From Octopus sinensis (Eukaryota): DNA of 64,000 nt. Of this stretch, positions 54,116 through 64,000 are shown piece after piece (positions within the stretch are counted from its first letter, which is position 1; each line of letters starts with the position of its first letter). The stretch spans positions 248,001 to 312,000 of the forward strand of contig NW_021832611.1 in the NCBI RefSeq assembly GCF_006345805.1, in the 5' to 3' direction. The notes below the pieces were generated by a model that saw only the letters and a list, made by a program, of their open reading frames with translations, was not told the DNA's origin and did no database searches. A program made the position numbers and the translations under genes.

Positions 54116-55609
54116 TTATTGACAGAGAGGAGGAAAAGCACACTGTTTTGAAACAACCAAAATCCTATGCGTATGTGAAATATATCCTCGAATCCTTTTC
54201 TATCAGATAAATGTCGCAAACCACTACCAAATATATCAAATTTGCTAAAAGGCATTCCACCTCATCCTCATCCACATTGTCTCCGTAACTAAGTTCTACA
54301 GCACGAGTGAGTAACGAAATTGGGATTTGATGACTACCAAACATTCGATAGCTAAAAATTACAAAAAATAAAAACAAACACTTTAAAATACAGAGACCGA
54401 TAAACAAACAGCTCCAATCTCTGAATCAGCAGCAAAATACCACGTCGAGCATAAAAAGACTGATACGTTGAAATATTTCGTTTAAACAGTGCAATGTCCC
54501 CCGAACAAATAGATTTCACAATATCAACGAAATAAACAAATGAAAATCGACTGATCAGATCATCTGAAGGTTTGTATCCCTGGATTATTTGAAAGAAAAT
54601 ATACTTCAAAAATCTTTAAAGGAATTAAAAATATAAGAATCGATCTCATATTTGAAACATACTCCATCGGACAATTGTTAAAAGAAAATGATAAGCATTC
54701 GTTGGCTAAGAATTCAAAAACACGATTAACCCTTATCGAACTGACCGTCTAATATGAGTTTCCTCCCATAATAATATCTTAAGGATAAATTTACTAAATC
54801 AACTTGTAGGTAATCAGCTGAGATATTGGGAGTGACTGAAGGAATGGAAGTTGCTCGATCGCCTTCACAAATGGATTTATCATTGGTGCCCGATTTGACT
54901 AAATATTTTTTATTAAAATCCAAAAATTATTAATAAAATAAATATTTCTACTAAAATACAACTTTGAAATAAATCGCTGAAAGTTGATTCACGACATAAA
55001 TAAGCCCCCATTTCTTTCCAACCTCAGCAGACGCAGGTCTCCTAAAAATGAGAGACTGGCCTACGTATCGCATGCAATGACTCTAAATATAGCAAGGATT
55101 GAACCAATCCCCTTCTCGAGGACTTCGTCGTTCTTATATTGGGCACGTGTTTCCATACCAAGATTTTTTACATTTTTACAAAGTTCATTAAGCACCAAAA
55201 TATTCCAATTGGAGTCCTTTTCAGTCTGAAATAACTTGCCGAATGCACTTAAATTGATTTACTGTTTGATCTCACTTTAAAGCTGAGATTTCAAATTCGT
55301 ATGCCTCCGAAGGAATAGTATCTTTTACAGCCATGCAACTATTTAGTGATTTTTTAAGATTAATGTTATTAAACTTGATGTGATTGGTTACTAATTCAGC
55401 CAGCTTCTCGTCGGAGATAGCCAAATCGTAAGACTGAGATGGTGTTAGTGATTTGAAATATTCCGATGAGCTATAACTGAGAGATAATAGTTTCTTTAAT
55501 TAATTTTTTACTGAATACTGTTAGTTTATCTGCATCTTTTGCTTCATACGTGGCAAGAACCTATCAAAATAAAATTCGACGCACAAACCTCCGGTATGTA
55601 TTCAAACAT
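54116..55609 (-). CDS. PCID2: PCI-domain protein 2 (TREX-2 / CSN12-like)
   Basis: INFSAIYFK; YYYGRK; YLIPLKI; DEDEVECLLANLIY; GYISH..LVVSKQCAFP. Confidence 0.85.
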
Positions 55610-55867
55610 CTAATATTGTATTTCAATTCTTATAAGATAAAACGTTCAATAAATTAAAAAAATATTATTTTGAAAATATTTAGTTCAATAAGAGAAACAA
55701 TTTTATGTAGTCAGTTAAGTTCTCGAATTAAATAAAAATAATTTTCTAATTGATTAATTTTTCTCAATAATTATTAAATATATAAATTATATAAAAAGAG
55801 AAAATTTTTAAATAGATTATGAACTTAATTAATCATCTTTATTTTCATTCTATACTTTCTTTTCGGC

Positions 55868-56931
55868 ATGGACTTTTCTGACCAAGAGTTACTCATTATT
55901 GTTAAAATTTAATTTTAGATGGTATTTTGGGAAAATATCACGTCAAGTGGCATTTGCACTCCTCAATCCCGCAGCTATTGGAAGTTTTCTTATCCGTGAA
56001 AGCAATTCACTCCCTGGGGCCTATGTTTTAAGTGTAAAGTAAGCTCGAATTTGAAATTTTCAATTTCTAAGGGAAGTTGGGAGGATGACACATTATGATA
56101 TCAAAATTGTTGATTACGGTGACCGATCAGTTTTTGTCATCAGTGGAAATAACGAATTTCCTTCAATCGAAAACTTAATAGATTATTACAGGAAAAATAT
56201 TCTTACCACTTCCGCATTGACTGAACCAGTTAATTTTTACATAATTAAGCCGATTTTAGATTAAAAACAGTGAAAGCGTTTTGCCTAATAAAGTCAAGTC
56301 ATGTCCATTATTAAAACCCGAAATTAAACTTGATTCAACAAAACGTCACGTATATGATGTACAATATTGTAGAGTCAGGGAGAAACGGCTGTCGGGAAAT
56401 TTAATTTTATAGCTCAAGTACTTTTTTTTCTTATTTTTAAGAGTCAAAATGAATTGTCATTTCAGAAAGGAGATACCTTGACAATTTTACGTAGTTTCGA
56501 CGACAATTTTTGCTTTGGATGTAACTCCTCTGGGGAATCAGGCTTGGTTCCAATAAATTTCGTTGAATTTACAAGTTCTCCAAATTCCGTTGACCGGAGA
56601 ATAACAAAATTTGTATTTTATTCAGTTTTTTAACCGGTCTTAAAGGATAGTGAACTTTCTACTAGCAGAGATTCAAATACGTCAGATAGTCTGAAACATC
56701 TTTCGGCAATATCTAGACCTCTTCCAGCTATGTCTGTTGCAATTAAAAACCGAAATCCCAATGCATACGACAAAGAAGCATTAAAATTTAATGTATTATT
56801 AAATTTAACTTTTTCAAAAGGTTGGCGACAGAATAAAGGTTTTGTCTATTTCAACAAATGGTCAATATTTGGGAGAACTTGATGGAAAAACTGGAACCTT
56901 CCCTTTCACACACATTAAATTTGACGATTAA
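55868..56931 (+). CDS. CRK: Crk/CrkL adaptor (SH2-SH3-SH3)
   Basis: WYFG..GSFLIRES..YVLSV SH2; ELSFQKGD..GLVPINFV SH3; PNAYDKEAL..GTFPFTHI C-terminal SH3. Confidence 0.88.
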
Positions 56932-57411
56932 GATACGAATATAATAATGTTGTTTTATTATTACATAATCTACTCAAATAAAATAAATGATTTTTATATA
57001 GCTTTTGTGATCAGATTTTTTATCTAAGCCAAATAAATGAATTATATTGGAACAGAATATGAAAAATACTTGTCAACAATTAAAAATAAACAGTCACCTA
57101 TGATGATTATTCTTCAGAAGATCTCTTACACACCAAACTTCTTTCCGGATAGTAGTCAAAATAAAATTTTCTTTACGAAAGATTGAAGTTTAAATCTCTA
57201 TATCTTTCTATTATAAAATCGTATTTATACAGTCGATCTTTTTTTAACTTTTGTAAAAACTTTTTTTAGTAGTTGATCTTTTCTAAACATATTCATGGGT
57301 TTTTAAAAAGTATATTAATTATTTGAAAAAAATTAAAATGATAATTTTTACTTCAAGTGAGTTTAATTTTCGAAGATAATTTGTAACCATAACTATTTTT
57401 GGTTGGTAATT

Positions 57412-58326
57412 ATGAAAAAATTGACGACCGAAAAATTATTAAAATTAATAGAAAAAAATAATTTCAGAAATAAATCTGTAAACAATTTAAAATCGGTCAC
57501 TCATCTTCATTTAAATGATAAAGGCATTGAAGAATGTGTAGGGAAATGAATTATTTAAATTTTTAAAGGAATCGTGTTTAAATAGTTGTGAGCAAGTTAC
57601 GACTGTATATTTGTATTCGAATAAATTAACATTAATTCCTGACTTTACTCAATGTATTCACATTACTCACCTCTATCTTCAAAATAATCAAATTTATGAA
57701 ATATCAGGACTTTCTAATTTGAAATCTCTCACCAAATTGTATTATCTTGAAATATATACTTTAGATATTTAAGTAGAAACTATATCAATGTGGTAGAAGG
57801 ACTTGAGAGTTTAATAAATCTAAAAGAACTTTATCTGGATAATCAAACTTTCGAACCCGGAGAAAATCTTATTTTCGACCCCCAGTCAATGTATTCTCTA
57901 TCTGTATTTAATAACTATTTGATAGCTTTAGAAAACTTTAAAAATACTAGATATAAGCTCAAATAATATACGAGAGGTTGACGTAGTTTCAATGTTAGTG
58001 GGACTGAAAGAGCTAAATATATCTTCCAATAAGATTGATAATCTTTCCGAGTTGGTAGATTGGATAAAGAATATATCTTTTCTCGAAGTTTTGAATTGTT
58101 TAGGGAATCCTTTCTGTAAAAATAAAAAATTTTCTGACCAAATAATCACCAATTCTAAAAAACTAAGTAATCCTTTATAAATAATAATAGAAATTCTAAA
58201 TGAAAAAGAGATTCAAACTAATCTTAGACTATACTTAAAAACTCGTTCCGGTTCTAAGATTTCAATCAATGAAAGTATTTTTTTAGTAAAATATTCATCT
58301 TATTAGGTGTAAATTATGGAGCATAA
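57412..58326 (+). CDS. PPP1R42: LRR protein, PPP1R42/LRRC67-like
   Basis: THLHLND, HLYLQNNQI, VVEGLE..LKELYLDNQ..GENLIFDP, LGNPFC. Confidence 0.8.
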
Positions 58327-58639
58327 TCTGATTGATTAACAATATAAATTGTCCGTTTTTTAATATTTTGTTGTGCTTTATTGAATTCACAAATTAGAGT
58401 CCAGTAAAAAACTAATAATATAATTATCTTGCAAATATATTGTGGAATTGCTTTTCATTCGAGTTTTATTTTTTTTTAAATTTTTGTTTTTGCTTTTTAT
58501 TCAAGTTTTTAAATTTTTTAAATTTGTTATTGACATATTGACTTAAAAGATTGTGCATTTTTTAAATTACATGAAATCTGAAAAATTTAACCGTCCTTAT
58601 ATTATAGAGTTTAAAAATTCATTTTGATACCCAGCAGGT

Positions 58640-58860
58640 GAGCTATCTGGAACCAACCTGTTTAAAGGATTGGAGAAAGAATTGATTCAAAGCGATATAA
58701 AATTAAACGTTCAATATCGGCATGGCGGGACAATCAATGGTAACCGAATTGATCGGAAGCAGAATCCGTGCCCAGTTAACACGGGAAGTCCTAGGCAAAG
58801 GTACATCTCAATTCTGACGGCTTTGTTCAGTAGGCATTCAGTTTCCTCACAGGGATAGTA
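58640..58860 (-). mobile_element. CRE-like internal fragment
   Basis: LLNKAVRIEMYLCLGLPV..HGFC resembles the RLGL..HGLSC region. Confidence 0.45.
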
Positions 58861-59041
58861 ATTCAGGCAAATCCCTTCTAGTTCGTCATGTGTTTTAAAG
58901 TACAACAAATTCATTCATTAAATCTCGGGGTCTGTGTAACTAAAAACAATTATTACCTATTTTTTTGTTACTTTGTATATTTAATGAAATCTTAGTTGTT
59001 ATATTTTGTTATCTTTTGATAATAAAATACGTTAAGTCAAA

Positions 59042-59427
59042 ATGGACAAATTACTGCGTGATGTTATGTCTCACCATAACCAGTGCATTGATGGTTGTTT
59101 TTACTATTAAATTAAAACTTAGCATTAACTAATAGAATTAAAAAAGCTTGTAATGAAATAAAAAAGGCCGAGTCGGTACTTAAACACGAGGTCAACACTT
59201 CATCCATCAATGAAGTGAATACATATATTCAAGAAGCCCTTCAATATTTGGACTATTCAGGATATGACCAAAAGGGTAATTTTAATTTTATAAAAACAGA
59301 GTTTTCGACACCTATTAAATTGCACAACTCCCCTTCGATACTATCGAGCGAATCCCTTCCCATTCTGAAGAAAAAGGGAGGAGGCATGAGCACTCCAAAG
59401 AATTTTTGGTCTCTCACCCTTGACTGA
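59042..59427 (+). CDS. Small unknown protein (N-terminal coiled coil, Ser/Pro-rich tail)
   Basis: ATG at 59042 and two GT-AG introns give a continuous frame to TGA at 59425. Confidence 0.55.
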
Positions 59428-59575
59428 TTTTAAAATGTTTTTTTGTTCATATGATTTTATTCTTTTTATAAAAATATAATGATTTTTGACATTTTATAAC
59501 ATTTATAATTAAAATAGGCGCACGCAAAGAATTTATACGATCCTAGTTGAGATTGTTTATAACATTTCTGTGGTT

Positions 59576-60908
59576 ATGGGCAATTTCTTGTGCAAGAAGA
59601 GAAGACAAAAGTTAACAGGAATACAAGTTTTATCATTTTAAACTATAAAATTAACAGCTTCAGACAGATATAGAATTTTCATCCAATAACGCTCTTATCG
59701 AACCGCATAATAAACCACCCAATTATATTTCATTATTGAAAAACGAAGCCCCAATTTCCTCAAACTCCTCTCAAACGTATCGAATGATGTTCGGCCCATT
59801 AATGTATACATATAACCTGAATACAACCTCCCTAAAATGTTTTCATAAACCCAATTCGTCTGTTATTATTGGAACTTGGAATTTACAAGAGTTGGATGAT
59901 ACAAAAATATCGAATCCAGGAGTGTTAGAAACTATTTGTCTGTTCATTCTTCGACGTCGGTATCAATTAGTAATATACTTATCGTAGAGTAGACATTCTC
60001 ACTATTCAAGAAATAGGGTCTGAATCTGCACTCATTAAGGTAATTTAGACCTATACATTTGTTTATTTTTTAATTTAAAAATATTATTTAGATATGTTCT
60101 GAACTTAATTATCCAACTTTTCCTAGAATTAAACTCTTTTTTTCACATAACCGTATCTATAGGAATGATGTCTATGCATATGTATGTGAGCCTACCGGGA
60201 GAATGTATCGGGTTTTGGATTTTGTCATATTTAGTAGGGAACCGAATATTCGGCCATTATTTATACAAAAAATAGAGCTGAAATGCTTGGATCTGCTGTG
60301 CTCAAGTTCCGTCATGGGCAACGTCCGATGATCAGACACCCATTTCTTGCTGTATTTGAACTGGTTTGTTATATATGCTTTATTTAGACTCCAAGTTTTC
60401 GTTTTGTTATGGTTTCCATTCATCTTCGTCCTTCTGAAGCCAAAAATGAGGCAACAAAAATATCATCCACCACAAAACAAATAAGAAAGGCAGTCGCAAA
60501 GGGTCGTATAGTCATTAAATAAATGTAGGCTTTAATTGCAGTGGAAATATTATTTTTGCAGGAGATTTCAATCTTTCTCCAGACAACAGTGGTTCGATAT
60601 GAGTTTTTAGAAATATTTAGAATTTTCTGAATTATACGCAAACGGGTTCTCCAATTTAGTCGATGCAACTACATTTACTAATATCAGTCCCAAAAATATG
60701 AACGGATCAGCTTGTTATGACAATATTTGGTTATCTGATTCACTAAAACGACGTCTTATTGGTACATTGTTGTTGTTTAATATTTTTAGGAGAGTCTGTT
60801 GTTGAGCGTGAAAATCTTGTTCATCCACTGATTCCTTATAATTGGTCGTGGGGCGGCACTGTGAGTGATCATTGCCCTGTTATTGCTTGTTTAAGCTTAT
60901 CTACCTGA
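59576..60908 (+). CDS. EEPD1: EEP-family nuclease/phosphatase, EEPD1-like
   Basis: MG start; GTWNLQ..KISNPGVLE; IQEI; CEPTGRMY; AGDFN; YDNIW; HPLIP..WSWGGTVSDHCPV. Confidence 0.8.
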
Positions 60909-61165
60909 AATCATGTTATTGATCTTGTGGAATATTTATTTTATCAATTTTTTAATTAGTTGAATTGTTCTTGATTTATCTCTTTAAAAATAATTAGATA
61001 TTCATTGAAATATTTAAAAATGACAAACGTAGTTATGACTTTAACAGTTATGTTAAAATAACTCAACGCAAATAAAAGTAGACTTTTTAACTACTGGATA
61101 CTTACTACTAGTGTCGGTATGAAAATCAACCGAGATTTGAAAAAGATGCGGTAAAGTACCGATGC

Positions 61166-61823
61166 GGTACTTTTGTCGAAGTGGTCGCAGTTTTTTTAGG
61201 CCTTTTAAAAAATCTAATAATTTTTGAGGTGGAATATATTATATTTTATTTAAGTCGCTCTATCAATAATTTAAAATATTATTAAATTTTTTACTAATTT
61301 ATTTTCTAATTTTTTAATATTATGGCGAGCATGTACCTAATATTGATATAAACTGGCACTATAGGTCACATGGAAAATTCTGTTGTGGACTTATGCAACA
61401 TCAAATCCGACAGCTCCCAATAAGTAAGGAGAAAATTCTTTGTGGATCCAACGACGGGAGTGCACACCAGACAGTAGAAGTGCAAAATGCAAGAATAAAG
61501 CTCAAAGGAAGCTGTAAGAATCATCTGGGATCTTATTCGCAGGTTTTTTTAGTTAGTTATTTTTTCAGAATTTATGTGGCGAAAAAAATACAGAACTATA
61601 AGGAAGTTTTGCACAGATTGTAAAAGACATAAATTCCCTCTACAGTCCTGAATTTGGATGCCGCGTACTAAAAATGACTAAATTGGTTAAATAAATTTTT
61701 AAATAATTTTAATAACCATTAAATTATTGATAGAGGTTATAAATAAATAATCATTTTTCACTAAAAAAATTATTAATTTTAATTATCTTCTAAAAAAACT
61801 GCGACCACTTCGACAAAAGTACC
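61166..61823 (+). mobile_element. Internally deleted Merlin (IS1595-like) transposon
   Basis: TIR GGTACTTTTGTCGAAGTGGTCGCAGTTTTTTTAG; 8-bp AAAGATGC at 61142 and 61824; remnant TTGVHT..HLGSY..FMWRK. Confidence 0.8.
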
Positions 61824-62349
61824 AAAGATGCTTTTTTCAATATTAGTTTTAGATGAATCGCTTATTAATTATTTTGTAACTTAATTTCTATAAATTTCGT
61901 CAGGCAAACATCCATTATTTATTATTCTTTATTTTTTTACACTTATTTATTTAAAATTTATGATTATGCATGAAATGCGACAATGAGAACGTTAAGTCTG
62001 GAAACCATTGTAAACGAAATAATGTCGTACTTCCTAAGTACCGAGTGGTTTAAGGCAGACCACGCATAAGCCTGTGATTATTCATAAAAATACCTAAAAA
62101 TGCTAGAATGTTACTAGAAAATCCGGGCGACTTAGACGACTTCTAAAAAATCGCAGTTTCAAGAAAAGTGTGGAGGTTTCTTAGAAAAAAGTCATCTGGA
62201 AAGGCGTGTATAAGCCTCGATATTTAAACTTTTTTAATAAATTAATAACTAATTCAAATTGAATTATTTCAATTTTGTTTATAAAAGAAAGAAATTAATT
62301 ATAAATTGTTTTTACAAACGTTTTTGTGTTGTTTAGTCTAACAAATTTT

Positions 62350-63745
62350 ATGGTTTCTCTGAGAAGAGCTTTTAATTTGTCTTTTTCTAAACACAATGAA
62401 ATAATGAAATATCAAAAGTAACACCAATAAAATATACCTCAAGTTTGAGTTATAGAACCGGCATAATGTTGCTTAACATGGGAGGATGTGAGACGTTAGA
62501 AGGAATTAGCGACTATCTGACCAATATATTTACTGATCCAGATATTATTCAACTTCCATTCAGCAGGCAGTCTTTAATATTTATACCGTCTAATAGCGTA
62601 ACTGGAAGACTAATTGCGATCAGAAGAGCTCCCAAAGTGGCTGAATACTATAAGGCAATTGGCGGAGGCAGTCCTATAAGAAAAATAAGCGAAGAACAAG
62701 CAAAAATGATCACAAAATACTTAAATAAAAATTATCCGTCACTCGGTATAAGTTTTTATTAATTTACTTAGGGCCATTTAAATCCTATGTTGGGTTTAGG
62801 TACTCACCCCCGATGATTGATGAAGCGTACGAGGCTATGGAAAAGGATGGGATTAAGCGAGCAGTGGCCCTTTCCCTATACCCACAGTACAGCTGTACCA
62901 CTACGGGGAGTTCCTTGAATTATTTGGCTCAAATCGCTTTAAAGAAAAGATCATCAATAATGTGGAGTATAATTGATAGATGGCCTACTCAAGATTTTTT
63001 TATAAATGTACTTTAAACATTTTGTTAATTTACAGTTTTTGGTCGACAAATTGAGAGATTTGATAATGGATTTTGAAAGTTATGATGATAAACCACCCGT
63101 GATTTTATTCACTGCTCATTCTATACCTTTTAAAGTGAATTATTTTTTATCAATGATAAGGTTTTTGATAAAGGTGATCACTATGTAAGGGAAGTCTTTG
63201 CAACGAGTTATCAAGTCATGAAAAAACTAAATTTAGACTTGCCGTATTGTGTTTCCTGGCAATCACGGGTAGTTTTTGATTATGTTTTAACTTTTAGGTT
63301 GGTCCTATACAGTGGATGGTACCCAGTGTTGATAAAACGCTTACTGGTTTGGCTAAGAATGGCTATCAGAATATCATTTTAGCCCCAATTGTGTTTACTG
63401 CCGATTGCAGCGAGACTTTGTATGAATTGGACATTCTTTATAGAAATTTAGCCACAAAAGTTGTTTTGGATAATTTTAATAATTTTAAGATCGGGATAAA
63501 AAGATTAGTCAGGCTTCCAGTGCCTAATCTTGATCCTGACTTTCTTTATGTTTTTTCACTTATATTAGTTTTAGGGATTAGCCAGGCTGACTGGAGAACA
63601 CATTATCCAACGAGGAGAAGTATCGAATCAATGGAAAATGAGATGTCCTGAGTGTAGAAGCAGTCGTTGTATAAAAGCACGAACTTTTTTCTGTAATAAT
63701 TATATCAAGCATCAAGAGTATTTAACTCAAAATATTCTAAAATAA
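62350..63745 (+). CDS. FECH: Ferrochelatase, mitochondrial
   Basis: MLLNMGG, GGGSPI, YPQYSCTTTGSS, IDRWPT, FTAHS, WQSRVGP, ETLYELD; C-terminal CPECRSSRC Fe-S ligands. Confidence 0.95.
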
Positions 63746-64000
63746 AAACATGTTTTATTAAAATCAACCTTCTTTAGGCTCACATTTTGTGTAAAATCTA
63801 ATTGTTTAAATATCCTTAATCTATTAAGAATTAATTAAGCCTATTTATCAATAAACTGGCATTTGAATGTGTCCTAATTGTGATTTCAATTATTTTTAAT
63901 AAAAATTATATAAATTTAGTGTCTTATTAAAGACAGTTTTTATAATTTTTCTTTTAATAAATCAACAGTGCTTTCCGATTCGTTTTGAGTTCGCACCCGC

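Overview
AT-rich animal nuclear DNA: it has a Crk SH2-SH3-SH3 gene and cilia-associated genes. The genes are compact and split by tiny, mostly 22-33 nt GT-AG introns, consistent with a dicyemid-like parasite (inference). Gene islands (HSPA9, WD40 protein, GSS, CDT1, NDUFS5, CYP51-like, CHORDC1, UTP6, SLC25A20, Rab11-like, PCID2, CRK, PPP1R42, EEPD1, FECH and a few unknowns) alternate with nests of decayed transposons (Tc1, hAT, Ginger-like, Merlin, Helitron, RTE-, R4- and CRE-like retroelements). The most striking structure is an R4-like LINE split at a duplicated TA by an 11.8-kb segment (29683-41452) bounded by Tc1 TIRs. That segment contains a co-oriented cassette of strongly divergent histones (intact H3, H2B pseudogene, 5'-truncated H4) with shared upstream DNA. 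Exon boundaries were read by eye, and family names come from motif recognition, not database searches.
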